Shown here: positions 11,453 to 23,620 of the stretch, piece by piece
How the letters are laid out: every line of letters begins with the position of its first letter
Position numbering within the stretch: position 1 is the stretch's first letter
Assembly (NCBI RefSeq): GCF_018350175.1
Contig: NC_058368.1
Location: 176,640,001 to 176,704,000, forward strand
Origin: Felis catus
Taxonomy: Eukaryota
Length of the DNA stretch: 64,000 nt
Direction of reading: 5' to 3'
Translations under genes and position numbers: made by a program
Notes under the pieces: generated by a model
What the model saw: the letters and a program-made list of their open reading frames with translations, nothing else
What the model was told of the DNA's origin: nothing
The model's database searches: none

Positions 11453-11910
11453 CCCAGTTGTGTGCTGGGCACTGACTGGTCTAAGGCCTTTAAGTGGGCT
11501 TTCTCATTTAATTTTTAAAATAACGCTACAAGGTGAGGGGAGCCTGGGTGGTGCAGTCGGTTAAGCGTCCGACTTCAGCCAGGTCACGATCTCGCGGTCC
11601 GGGAGTTCGAGCCCTGCGTCGGGCTCTGGGCTGATGGCTCAGAGCCTGGAGCCTGTTTCCGATTCTGTGTCTCCCTCTCTCTCTGCCCCTCCCCCGTTCA
11701 TGCTCTGTCTCTCTCTGTCCCAAAAATAAATAAAAAACGTTGAAAAAAAAATTAAAAAAAAAATAACACTACAAGGTGAGTTATATTATTATCTTCATCA
11801 TGGAAGGGAATAGAAGCTCAGAGTGGTTAAGTAACTTGCCTAGGGTCTCTCAGCATTTGAATGAGGGAAGTCAGTATTTGAACCCAGGCAGTCTCATTCC
11901 GAGGCCTGTG
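11453..11910 (-). mobile_element. MIR SINE split by a young Can-SINE
   Basis: 'tgtgctgggcactg...ctcatttaat' to the left of the SINE; 'gctcagagtggttaagtaacttgcc...atttgaacccaggcagtct' to the right. Confidence 0.8.
11537..11759 (+). mobile_element. Young felid Can-SINE (SINEC_Fc), full length
   Basis: Diagnostic 'cttcagccaggtcacgatctcgcgg'; 20-bp TSD aaaataac[g/a]ctacaaggtga at 11517-11536 and 11760-11779. Confidence 0.97.
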
Positions 11911-12059
11911 TCCGGAAAATGATTGGCCCCACTCAGCTTCTGGATTCATTCTCCTGCATCAGGTGTCCCTTCCTGGCCCAATCGGCAGTGGCCACAAGGA
12001 CAGGGTGGGTCACATAGCACTCGGCTGTGGAAGGAGGAGGGGACAGGGCTCTCCCCCAG

Positions 12060-12176
12060 AACGGAAATTCCTCTAGGACAGAAACTTTCGTTGTTTTGTG
12101 CCCTGATGTACCCAGTGCCTAGAACAGTGCTTCGCACACAGTAGGTGCTCACAAATTGTTTGCTGAGTGAATGAGC
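12060..12176 (+). mobile_element. L2 3' end
   Basis: 'cccagtgcctagaacagtgcttcgcacacagtaggtgctcacaaattgtttgctgagtgaatga'. Confidence 0.85.
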
Positions 12177-12848
12177 ACAAAGCAGCTTGGACTTGTTTCT
12201 GGCTAATGCGGAGGCAGAGTTAGATGTAGCCTTACTTGGACTACATGTGACTACCTCACCCTTAACTACAAGAAAGAAATCCTTCCTCTTTTGCCTCCTT
12301 GTCACCGTTTTAATCCAGGAACACCAACCCCAGAGTCCTGCCCAAGGCTGTGCAGTGGGATGTGAGTAGCCATAGAAAAAGCAGCAGGCTCTGTGCTCCG
12401 TGCAGAACAGTCCAGGTTAAATAAAGTGGGTCCTGCGTCTCCCAGAGTCGTCATTAGCTGGAGCCCCATGACTTGCACGCATTTCTCCCCAACGTTCTTT
12501 GACCACGAAGCCTTTTCTGAAGGCGTCTCGGGGTGGGGGGGGGGGCTAGTAGGATGAACAATACATTATAAGAACGGAAATTTCAATCAATTTTGTCGGG
12601 CTGATTTCATTTGATTCAGTCTCTGGCTCTGCCCAGCTCCCCCGGGACGTGAAGGGCTTCAGAGGGAGCCCCTCCGCAGCGGTCACTCTCAGCCCACCCT
12701 CATTTAGCCTCACTTGTTGGGAATCTCGTCTGGGAAACCCACGTGCCTCCAGACCTCCTTCTTAGGCTCTGGTTGGTCTGGGAGAGGGACCTTCTCTTCC
12801 CACACTTGAGCTGTCTGGCCTCAACCCCTTCTTTCATGTTGTGGTTTC

Positions 12849-13086
12849 TTTTTTTTTTTTTTTTTTTTAATTTTTTTTTTCAACGTTTTTTATTTATTTT
12901 GGGGACAGAGAGAGACAGAGCATGAACGGGGGAGGGTCAGAGAGAGAGGGAGACACAGAATTGGAAACAGGCTCCAGGCTCTGAGCCATCAGCCCAGAGC
13001 CCTACGCGGGGCTCGAACTCACAGACTGCGAGATCGTGACCTGGCTGAAGTCGGACGCTTAACCGACTGCGCCACCCAGGCGCCCC
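12849..13086 (-). mobile_element. Young felid Can-SINE (SINEC_Fc), full length
   Basis: ends 'gactgcgccacccaggcgcccc'; TSD atgttgtggtttc at 12836-12848 and 13089-13101. Confidence 0.97.
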
Positions 13087-13389
13087 TAATGTTGTGGTTT
13101 CAAACGCAGTTATATTTCCCCCCGCAGGTTCCAGGCAGAATATGAAGCTGGAAAACAATTGTGGTAGATTGCACTAATTATTTCCATTTCATTTGATGAG
13201 CCTGAAGGTTGGGACCTTAGATTAGGATATGAAAATGAAAATTAGGCAACATCTTGTCAGTTAATGGGTTTCTTCAGCGCCGCGTAGGCGGCTCCGTGCT
13301 CTGAAGACGTGCATCCTCGAAGCCCTTTCTGGGCTTGCCAGACAGACATGCATCAATCACCCGCCGTGCCCCTCATATGCACAAGGCAC

Positions 13390-13540
13390 TGGGGATCTGA
13401 GGCTGCCTGGGGATGCAGCTCTGCCTCTTGGCCCAAGGGCGTTCGCCTCCTGAGCCTTTCATTTCCTCATCTGCAAAGTGGACATAATACTTCACTAAAC
13501 AAGGAAAGCACCCGGTACATGGTAGGTCCTCAGTGAATGT
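13390..13540 (+). mobile_element. MIR SINE
   Basis: 'ctgagcctttcatttcctcatctgcaaagtgg...catggtaggtcctcagtgaatgtt'. Confidence 0.7.
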
Positions 13541-13621
13541 TCTCTTTTCTTTGACCCCCTTACCAAGTTCTTTCTTGTGCAATACAGGTATTGTATTAGG
13601 GTGATAGAAAGAGCATGGGCC

Positions 13622-13842
13622 GGGGTGCCTGGGTGGCTCAGTCGGTTAGACGACCGACTCTTGATTTCGGCTCAGGTCATGATCTCACAGTTCGGGAGAT
13701 TGAGCCCTGTGTCAGGCTCCACGCTGATGGTGCAGAGCCTGCCTGGGATTCTGTCTCTCCTTCTCTCTCTCTCTGCCCCTTCCACATGCACACGCACTCT
13801 CTCCAGATAAATAAATAAACTTAAAAAAAAATTTTTTTTTAA
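13622..13842 (+). mobile_element. Can-SINE (older type) inserted in a MIR
   Basis: ggggtgcctgggtggctcag head; degenerate TSD agaaagagcatgggc / agaaagagcgtaggc. Confidence 0.95.
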
Positions 13843-15084
13843 AGAAAGAGCGTAGGCTTATGGACTCTTAGCTAGCTGGGCGATCTTGGACACTTAATCT
13901 CCCTGAATCTGACTCCCCCTCTGTGGACTGGGGATTACGATACCATGTGGATAAAATGAGATATTACTCGCAGAGCCCCCAAAAGAGTATTGTTTAAACT
14001 TCCCCTTAACAACTCTACTTCTCAGAACCAAAACCGACCCTGTAGCTTCCTCTCAGGGCCAAACTTGGGTAGAGCAGGGCAGCACGGAGGGAGGCCGCCC
14101 CTCCTGGGATTGGGTCTTCCTCTCTGTTCTTTGTCTCTCGTAGTTCAAAGTTCTCTCCCGCACGTGCCAGCCCCCGGGTCTCCACCCCAAGCTCTCAGCC
14201 GCAGCCGGTCACAGAGAAGGCAGAGACCCCCCCCCCCACGGCCTAGCCAAAAGCTGCACCTCAGCCCCCAAACCTCCTTGGCTGCTTCACCATTACGCCT
14301 CCTTCTCTGTCCAGCACCTTCCTGAACCCCTCTTCGGTGTCACTTTCAGATGATAGTCTTTCTTTATCTGTCCTGCCCTCCTGGGAGGAGGTCTTGCCAT
14401 GTCCTGACTTTAGAACCATCGAGGCCCCGTAAAGTCACCAGGACTGTGAACCCATGAGCGCAGGCCTCCCGGACCCGGTGGCTCCAAGAGCTTCTGCTCC
14501 CCTTTGCCCTGTGACGTCATTGGAAGCGAGCCCTCCGAGCTTGTGGGCCTCTCAGATCCCCTTCTAACAATCTTTGTTCAGTTTATTCTGTACGTCACGG
14601 ACGACAAGGCAGAAGGGTCACCTCACGTCCTCGAGCCCAGGCACTGTTTCCAGCACTTGGGTTCTGGTCAGGAAATGTTCGCGAAAAGGTCAGAGGGAGG
14701 TCTTGGACCGGTGGCCTTTGCACAACGGCCAGCCTCTTCTTGTCGCCGGCTGATGTTTCTTTGCGAGGGGCTCCCTGGGGCGGCACTATCTGGACAGTTC
14801 CAGAAACGCATGTGGGGAGTCAGCCTGTGCTCCGGCTGGGAGAAGCATCGTTTGTGAGGCCGGTGTGGAATCCCCGCCTCAGGCACGTGTGCACAGCACT
14901 CCAGTGTCCCAGGGCATTGCCGGGTAACAGGCTGGGACCATAGCCCCAGTGGGCAGAGGCCAGTGCCACGGGCTGGCCCGGCGGATGCATCGTAGCAGCT
15001 GCCGCCTCGGCAACATGCCAGGCCCAGGACCCACGGCCCATAAGCGCTCTCCACACATTCCCCCGGTGACCCCTCAGCGGAGGT

Positions 15085-15190
15085 GTCAGCGGAAACTAAA
15101 GCACAGGGAGGTGAGGACATTGCTCCAGGTCACACGGCACTAAGTGCTGAGGATCTGAGCTCGCCTCTGCCTGACTCTCATGTCTGCCCT
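15085..15190 (-). mobile_element. MIR SINE
   Basis: 'ggaaactaaagcacagggaggtgagg...ggtcacacggcactaagtg'. Confidence 0.75.
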
Positions 15191-15680
15191 CCTGACCACA
15201 TGCTTTGCAGCAAATCGGGCCAACAGAGAAGGGACATAGGACTTCCCACGATGCACGGAGCACAGTTAGGGGTTGGCACACCGTGTTGTTGGCACGGCCA
15301 AATCAGAAGAGGGAAAGCCACTGGGAGAGCAAGGCTGAACAGGGCCACAGTGACCCAAGGCCCACCCGATGTGTGTAGGCCCAGCCACAGAGGGGAGGGG
15401 AGCAGGAAGGGGAGGAGAGCCTTGGGGCTCGGGCTCAGGACGGGCTCAAGCCGGTGCTCTGGGTCCCAGGTGCACCTCTTGCTGGCTGTGTGACGTAGGC
15501 GTATTCCCTCGCCTCTCTGAGCCTCTGTCCCAACATCTGCACAGCAGCGAGGTGATGGACAGGGAGGAGCCCTCTGTTCAAAAGCGCCTGGCATGGCCTG
15601 GCGCAGCACCCAGCTCCCAAAAGCTGATGGGCAAAGAGAGGGAGAGTCACCCAGCACACCTTTGCTCCCCTCTCTGCGTG

Positions 15681-15826
15681 CTTCATTCCCTCCCCCTGTC
15701 CTTCCCTCCTTCCTTCCCTCTTTCCTTCCCTCCCTTCCTCCCTCCCTTCTCCTCTCCCTCCTTTCTTCCTTCCCTCCTTCCTTCCCTATACCTCTCTCTC
15801 TTCCTGCTTTGATTTTCTCCCTCTCC
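15681..15826. repeat. Polypyrimidine (CCTT/CCCT)n low-complexity tract
   Basis: About 145 bp almost entirely C/T on the + strand. Confidence 0.95.
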
Positions 15827-16914
15827 ACACCCCTTGTTGGAAACTTCTCTTCGGAGGCTCTGAAGAGCCCCAGTGCCCCTTCCAGGGCGGATCCCAAAGG
15901 CATCAACACACAGAGGCCTTGACTTCCAGGCCACCATTAGCCGGGACGGGGGGAGGGGGGTGGGAGCAATGCCCCGGGGCCCCTCCTGGGTGCTCTGCCG
16001 CCCGCAAAGGCCACCTTCCAGCAGGGCCAGAAAAAGCAGGGCTCCCAATCCCCCACAGACTAAACCTAGCAACAGTCAGGGTTCCTATGGCAACCCAAGA
16101 TTTATTTTTAGTCCTACTTTAACATTAACATGATGTGAGGGGATCTGAGACTTACATTACTCTCTTTTAAACAGTACCCAAAAAAAGGAAAGAAAGAAAG
16201 AAAAGAAAGAACTCCTCTTTGTAAGGCAATATGAACCACTGGGATGAAACAAGACGAAGGTGTTTGCAGGCACTCATCTTGGGGAAAGTCAGCGGCCCCT
16301 GCCTCCTGTGTTGGAGGAGGGGGGGTGGTTCCGGGATGGGGTGTGGAGGACGAGGGGTTGTCAGCCTAACCGGGTGGAGATAGCTGTGGCCCTTTGTGCC
16401 CTGAGCAGCCCAGTCACTTTGTGAAGGGTCTCAGCGCCTCCAATGTAGCAAGTGAGGGAAAAAAGCAGAATCAGGCAAGCTAAATGGCCGTGCGACCTGG
16501 GATGCCAGCTCCTGGGGGTTCCAGCCAGATCTTGGGGGTCTCAGAAGGAAGCAAAAGGCTGGGGTCTGCTCCCCCAGAAGACAGGGGATCCACATCCCCA
16601 GGGGAAGTCAGACCCAGCTGGGCAGAGAGCAGGGGTGAGTTCAGATGGAGGCCGTGGAGAAGTGGTGTGAGATGTGGGTTCAAAACCTTGCTGGGCATCA
16701 GGCCACAGAGGTGCAGAGCCCAGTCCTGCCTGGAGGAGCTCACAGGTGCAGCAGACCAAGCATGGAAGGTGCTGTACGAGGTGCTCCTCCAAGAGGAGGA
16801 GTGCCTGGGCTGGTTCTAGAAGGAGAATTGGGGATGCATAGCTACAGAGAACAGGGAAGGCCTTCCTAGGCCTTTAGCTGTATGGCTTGGGTTCCTCTCT
16901 CATAAAATTATCCT

Positions 16915-17370
16915 ATATTGGTTGCTTTTTTTCTGTCCAGTGGGGGCTCCTTATCCCTCTGGTCATGGACAGTGGCCCCTGCTTCAACCCACTGTAGGCA
17001 TGGCCACTTGAAATACTCCATCCCTGACCCGTGTGATTAGTCCAAGACATGGGCACCAAGACATGACCCCAGCACCACCAATCAGAGTTCTTCCCTGGGA
17101 CTGAGCTACGGTCACCAGAAGAAAGTCTCTCTCTATTGGGGTGCTGAGCTGAAGCTTCTGAGAGCCTCAGCCTTGGCCTCCTGGAGACAGCACAGCTGTA
17201 GAGGAGAGAATAAAGCTGACGGGCAAAGAGAGGAAGAGACAGAATGTTCGTTGGCCACCGCCCATGTTGCTTCCTTTGGTGCTGAGCCCTTTAGAGTAGC
17301 CTCTTCAATTCCCCCTTAAGCCAATTCAAACTGGCTTCTGTCTCTGACAGTTGGGCCAGCCTGACTAGTT
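16915..17370 (+). mobile_element. Old MaLR solo LTR (MLT1J/K-like)
   Basis: 'catgaccccagcaccaccaatcagagttcttccctggga', end 'cttaagccaattcaaactggcttctgtctctgaca...ctgactag'. Confidence 0.65.
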
Positions 17371-17444
17371 CGAATGGTCCCCGTAATTTTGTTAACACAA
17401 GGGGATAAAAAGCACCTTGTGAACAGAGAGAGAAAGGAATGACG

Positions 17445-17640
17445 TTTCTTGTGCTTTCTATGTGCCAGGCACCACGTCGGAGGATATTTTCAGAGTGTCA
17501 TAACCATCTTGGAAATTAAATACGAGTTATACTAGCAAGGTGCCTGAGCCCAGAGAGGCAAAGAAACTTGCCCAAGGGCACACAGCCAGCAAATGCCAGA
17601 CCTGGATCGGCACTGAGGTCTTTCTGACTCCTTGTTGAGC
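17445..17640 (-). mobile_element. MIR SINE
   Basis: 'ctatgtgccaggcac...gcccagagaggcaaagaaacttgcccaagggcacacagc'. Confidence 0.8.
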
Positions 17641-17699
17641 TACCCGATCTTTCTTTCCCAGTCCTAGGGCAATGGCCCCAGGGCTCATTGTGTAGATAT

Positions 17700-17825
17700 A
17701 GCCTGTGGTTCCCAAAGTGTAAATCACGAACAACCTGCCCGGGAAACACACGGGTGGTGATTGCAAACAGATTCCTGAGCTCTCAATCCCAGACTTCCTG
17801 GATCAGAAGCCAGTCTCTCCAGACT
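17700..17825. mobile_element. MER5-like hAT-Charlie fragment
   Basis: 'gtggttcccaaagtg...cagattcctgagctc...cccagac...atcagaa'. Confidence 0.55.
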
Positions 17826-18439
17826 CCTTTCTGACCCCAGCACCCCCACATCTCCCAACCCCTACCCACGTCCCAGCAGCCCGTGCTCTGGCCGCATATC
17901 CCGTGCCCCCCACCCCCCGCCCCCGAAGCACACCGTGGACTCTGTGGTTGCTGTGCCTTTGCTCATGCGGCTCTCCTGCCTGCAGTGCCCTCCCCTCTCT
18001 GGCCGCCGACTCAGCTGACATGTTGCCTTTCTCGCCATAGCTTTCCATGGCTCCCAACACGCCTCTAACCCAACACACACACACACGCCTGGCTCTGACC
18101 CAGGCAGAATTTGTGGCTCCCCGCCCTGGCTTCCTGCAGCTGCCCCTCACACCCCATCCTGTGCCTCTCTGCCCCCAGCACTTACCTCCCAGGCTGCTAT
18201 TGTCTCCCTCTGGCTCCCCCACCCCACTGGGAGCTCCTGAAGGGCAGGTGTTAGCACAGCGCCTGGCTGATAGCAACATCCATATGTGACTGGCCTGCCT
18301 GGGACTCTGCCTTTGGAAAGGGCCGAAATTCTCTACTCTTGATGCTGTGCTTTTTAAGAGATTAACTTCCTTTGCAGTTTCTTATGATGAATCCCACTGG
18401 GGGCCAGAAGAAAGCTTTGCACGGGGTTAAAGACATAGG

Positions 18440-18960
18440 AAAAGCAGGCTTCTGCCTCGTATGAGCTATGTGACCTTTAGGCAAACGGCTCTCCCTCTCT
18501 GTGCCTCAGTTGTCTCATCTGTGCAATGGAGAGAACAACAGCACCTCCTGGGTTGTGGTGGGGCTGAAGTAGAGATGGTCCCTGTAGGATGCCCGCGTTC
18601 ATCACCATCACCTGATGCGAGCTGAGACAGAGACAACCGTCAGTCCCCTGCGGCCACACTGGGACACCCCTTTAGACACTACCTCATTTGATCCTCTTGA
18701 CAGACTTAAAAGGCAGAAATATTACTATAATTACTTAACAGGTGAAGAAACGAAGGCTCAGAGGGGTCAAGTGACTTGCCCAAGGCCACACAGCATATAA
18801 GGGGACAAAACTGTGATTTGAATACAGGCTTATTGTTGAGCACAAACCCCGCTCTGTTCTTCGCTGGCTTTGTGACTGCAGGCAACTCATTTTACTCAAT
18901 TGAGATTAATTGAGATCTGCAAAAGGGGGTTATTATCTCTAACTTGAGTGAGATTCGCGG
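18440..18960. mobile_element. Cluster of three MIR fragments (+, -, +)
   Basis: 'ctctgtgcctcagttgtctcatctgtgcaatgg' (+); 'gaggctcagagggg'-like core with 'gtgacttgcccaaggccacacagc' (-); 'atctgcaaaagggggtta' (+). Confidence 0.7.
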
Positions 18961-21041
18961 CTCAACGATGATTGCTTTTCCCTCTAACAAGCTACCCTCT
19001 CAGCTGGCAGACGTGCAGGAATAGATTGTTCCCCATCTCCTGGGCCCCCGATGGGTCCCAGTTCCCAGGCTTCCTTCTCAGGAGTTGGGCTGGGAAGAGA
19101 GAGAGAGAGGGCTTCCTCTTTCTGAGCCTCGGCCTCCTCATCTGTAGAATGCAGATGGTGATGGCTTCCTCCTGGCAGCCATATTGTTCCATGAGACGAC
19201 TTAGCCCAGCGTCACCCAACCCAGTGAGATAGATACCCGAGGGCACTGTGTCCAAAAGCCAGGCCACCGAGTAGGAACACAGACTGCACCCAGAAACACA
19301 GCCCGGGATGCATTTTGCTCTGAAAAGACAGAAAGGGAAATGACAGCGAAGGAATAGGGAGAAAGACATAGAGGGAGGGGAGCCAGAAAGAAGGATGCAT
19401 GGGGAGCAGGGTTGAAGGGCTGCACTGCCCAGCAGTGAGCTGGCTGCAGATCACCGTCGGGGGGACCCCAATGTTTATTGTGTCTGCATTTCTACAAATA
19501 AATCCCTCCTCATATCTGCTCCACAAATGCTTAGGAAGTGTCCCTCACTCACAAATGTTCAGACATGCCCCCCCACACACACTCTGCTTTGACCACATGG
19601 CTCTTCCTCCTTCTGCTTCCTGTCAGGTTGGGTCACTCTCTTCTCAATCCTCCTCCTTCCCTATTGGACCCCTGCCCTCTGCCTTTCCTAGGAGCCAGGG
19701 CACGCTCAGAGGGACTTTTGGCCATACAAGCGGAGAAGTGGCAAAGCTAGGACCCTGACCCGGGTCGGCCCCTATCCTTAAGTGCTCTGTTCTGCCGCCT
19801 CCCTGGACAGGACGGGTCAAGGAGTCCACACTAAAGGGCCATATAGGGCTAAGGCGGGATTTACGTCCCCCGTCCCCCTCCCCCTTAGACCCAGAACCTC
19901 AGCGTCCCCACGCTGCCCAGGCACTTGGCCACAGTGAAAGATGATCTGACACACTCATTCACTTCTTTGCCTTTAAAGGAAATGCCCAGTAGACAGCCTT
20001 TCTGCTCGGAATCGAGCGCAAATGGTAGGATTTTAGGCACTCAAGAGACAGATGTCTTCGGGTCCGGGTGCCTCTGAGAAGTCTCCCCATCGCATATGAT
20101 GAGCGCCTACCCTTGAATGGACACAGCTAGCTCACCCCCACCCCAGAAGTGGGGAGAGGGCCTGGCCTCTCGACTAGCTCCAGCTGCTCTGACAGGACAG
20201 GTGGGTGGCGCTGGGTGGGGGCCGGAGAGAAAGCAGATCTCTGAACCCGGGGGAGTGTTTCCAGCAGGGCTTGGGCTGTAGTACGCCCGCCTCCAACAGT
20301 TCCCTGAGCAAGGAGCTTTCTAGCCAAAAACCAGGGGACTTTTCCATCTGGACAATGTCAGACTCGTGTCTAATTCAAGCTCAACGTAAACGAGAGGGAG
20401 CGGGAATGGGGGAGCTCTGGGTGATAAATTGGCAGCTGGGGGAGGGCTAGGCTCCATCCAACCCACCATGAGCAGCACTCCCCAGGCTGAGTCTCAGGGC
20501 CCCACCTGGAAGGGGAGCCAGTGGACCAGACCTCGGGAATGTCCCTCTCAGCTCTGCACATTAGGACACCCATGGTTTAAAGGGCAAGTTTACTGTGGCA
20601 GTGGTGGGGGCGGGGGGCGGCACAGGAAGGATGGAGAATGTCTAGCAAATTTCTGATCCTTGGAACCAGGAAATCTGAGGTCTCAATGAAGACTGGAATA
20701 TGGAGGCATGATAGATGACCCAAAGAAGGCTATCAATGAACAAACAAGGAATTTAGAGGCCAGGGTGTCCTCTCTTCAAATCCCCTCAGCCCGTTGCCAC
20801 GTGACCTTGGGCCACCCAGTTCTGATCCTCAGTTTCTATCTCCTCCCCCAAAGCTTGCCCTGCCATTCCAGTCGTCAGGGTCTCGCTGTGACTTGTGTGC
20901 ACCCAGGGGACTTTTGTCTTCACGGTCATGGCTCTATAAAAATCTATTAAAAATCATATTTTATGACTGCATTGGCATAAAGATGAAAGTATCCAGAGTA
21001 GATTATATTGATTATTTTTATGCCTTTATAAGAAAAGAGCA

Positions 21042-21282
21042 GGGGCGCCTGGGTGGCGCAGTCGGTTAAGCGTCCGACTTCAGCCAGGTCACGATCTCGC
21101 GGTCCGGGAGTTCGAGCCCCGCGTCAGGCTCCGGGCTGATGGCTCGGAGCCTGGAACCTGTTTCCGATTCTGTGTCTCCCTCTCTCTCTGCCCCTCCCCC
21201 GTTCAGGCTCTGTCTCTCTCTGTCCCAAAAATAAATTAAAAAAAAAAAAAACCAAAAAACATTGAAAAAAGAAAAAAAAAAA
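21042..21282 (+). mobile_element. Young felid Can-SINE (SINEC_Fc), full length, long A tail
   Basis: 'ggtggcgcagtcggttaagcgtccgacttcagccaggtcacg'; TSD aagaaaagagca at 21030-21041 and 21283-21294. Confidence 0.97.
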
Positions 21283-21889
21283 AAGAAAAGAGCACATTTC
21301 CTTTGGCCCCTTGAGGCCTTGTGTGCCCCAGGTGCTATATCTATGGCGCCTGGTGGACGTCAGTCCTGGGTCCTGTGACGTTTCTAACGTACAATTATGA
21401 AATTTCATATCAGCTATTAAATCAAGCTTAACCCACCAGGAGAATCCCTCTCCTTTGAGTATTTTGGGGAAAGCCTTTTTGGGATCCACATGTCCTATAG
21501 CAGGATGGGGCTTGGAGGCTGAGGGTCTCTGGGAGTGTGGATGGGGCTGGATTAGATCGAGTAAGGCAGGGGCTTGCTGAATTGTAGCCCAGTCAGATCC
21601 AGGAAGCCAGGCAGCCTGAGTTCCCAAAAACCACACGTCTGATCTGGGCACATGTGGAGATGGGCCGAGGACCCAAGGTCCTGCATGTCTGGAGTGACAC
21701 CAGGTCTCAGCCTTCACAGGTCAAGTCTATCTATGCTACCAAGTGCCTCATGTATATGACCTATATGTTTGAGGGCAGGACTGATATCCCAATTTCCAGA
21801 TGAGGAAGCTGAGGCTCAGGAAGAGCTTACCCTCTCCTTCCAACTTTATCTCCCTGGTTTCTCTTTTAATCTAATAGGTCCCGGTACAT

Positions 21890-22340
21890 CCTGGCAGTCT
21901 TGCTTCTGGGCCTTTGCACATGCCATTGTCCCTGCCAGGAATTCCCTCACTCATCCCTTCCATCCCCTACTTCAAGGCCAAGGTCCAATCCCACCTTCTC
22001 CAGGAAGCCTTCCCTGGTTGCTTTCGCTCCTTGTGATCGTCCTCGCCTTTGAACTACCTGGACACTTTCCAGCTATACACTCATGCAACCTAATAAATGT
22101 TTACCGTGCATCCACCCTGGGCCAGACCCCTTGTTGGGCTCAAGGTGCACGAGAGTAACTCGGTGGTAGGCTGCAGTGGAAGGAGCTCCCATCCTATCCC
22201 GTTGTTGGGGGTGAGAGCCACAGGTTGTGATAATGCAGGGATCCAGGACTCAGGTGGGGACATGCTGATGTTGTGAGGGCTCGGGGGGAGAGAGAGCCCC
22301 TCCGCCCCCATCTCTCAGGGGGCTGACATCTGAGCTGGGT
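21890..22340. mobile_element. L2 fragments (+ then -)
   Basis: 'gggcctttgcacatgccattgtccctgccagg...ttctccaggaagccttccctg' (+); 'aaatgtttaccgtgcatcc...ggagctccc' (-). Confidence 0.6.
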
Positions 22341-23419
22341 ATGGAAGGATCAGCAGGCATTCACCTGGCCTGAGGGAAAGGGAAGACGAGCGTTCAGCTG
22401 AGGCAAGGGGGGAGGGAGGAAGTGGTGATGGAAGGTAGCGTAACAGACAGGATCCACAAGGTAACCTAAGGTACGCTCAAGCTGGGTCATTTGAGGGTGT
22501 TTGCAAAGGTGTGGGCAGGGTGTGGGGAAACCAGCACACTGCCGGTCACTGGGAAAGCCAGTTAAACCTCTAGGCAGCTCAGGGGCTAAGGAGACAAGAT
22601 AGCCTGGGTGCAGGGGGCTGCCTGGATGGAAGACCTGCAGAGAAGCAGTGCCCTGACCCCTGCCAGGCTCCTGCCAACTAGCCTCAGCTGGAAAAACCAT
22701 TTCATGGGAAAGCTGCTGATGGAGCCCATGCAGGCCAGCCTTTTTGGGGTCCAGTCCAGGGAACAAGGGTGGAGAGCAAATCCAGAGAGACAAGGAACGA
22801 GTGGAGGGCACTGGGCTCGGCCGCAGAGACCACGGGGCCCCTCTGGAGGCCCCAGTCCCCTATTGTTCAGCGAAAACCCAGCTCAGGGCTACCCTGGGGT
22901 CGGGGACACCTCCCTCCCTGCCCATCAAGGCTCAGATCCTTGGTAGGAAATAGCTGTTTCACTGGGTCCTATCTCGTTGCAGCATTGTTAAGATGTCACT
23001 GAGTGTCATCTGAAAATAGAAACGCCGCCCAGGCCTACCATGGAAACGCTTTTGCCTCCCCGACTCCCCACCCGCCTGCGAATGGAAGCTGCTGTCACCC
23101 GAACGCCTGTTCAGCCACCAAGAGAGAGCTGGTGCTTCCTGAGAGTGCCCGTGCACCAAGCACCGGGTCCAGCTCGTTACAGACGTGATCACATCATTTT
23201 ATAATCACCAACTCTTGGGAGCGGCGGGATGCTGAGGGTCAGGGTGATGGTAATTTGCTCAGTGTCACAGGCTAATAAGTGAGGGGGCTGGTATCTGCAT
23301 CTGACTCCAGGAGCCGGTTTCATGAGTTCTCCAGGGAGCGCTTGACCAGGAAGCCGACGAACTCACGAGCCCTTACTTTTTCTTCCTCCATCTCTTCATC
23401 TGATCAAATAATCAAGTAT

Positions 23420-23620
23420 AGGAAGAGCCAACATTATTTGAGCTGCCATTGTAGGCCCAGCTCTGTGCTGAGCTTTCTTACACGTTCAGGTCTTACCTCC
23501 ATTTTATCAGTCACGAAACCGAGGTTCAGAGAGGTTAAGCAACTTGCCCAAAGCCACACAGCGATGAAGAAGTTGGAGCAGGACTCCAAGGCCGGAGGTC
23601 CCCATGCTCACCAGCCAGGC
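23420..23620 (-). mobile_element. MIR SINE
   Basis: 'gaaaccgaggttcagagaggttaagcaacttgcccaaagccacacagc'. Confidence 0.85.

Noticed and set aside
11526..11723. Recurring peptide 'QRETEHERGRGRERGRHRI' in many ORFs, resembling a gene family
   Set aside because: It is the antisense translation of Can-SINEs.
15178..15909. 243-aa ORF with EGGREGRK repeats
   Set aside because: Translation of the (CCTT)n tract and a MIR.
21396..21409. 14-bp palindrome TATGAAATTTCATA (POU dimer-like)
   Set aside because: About four such palindromes are expected by chance in 64 kb; no other support.
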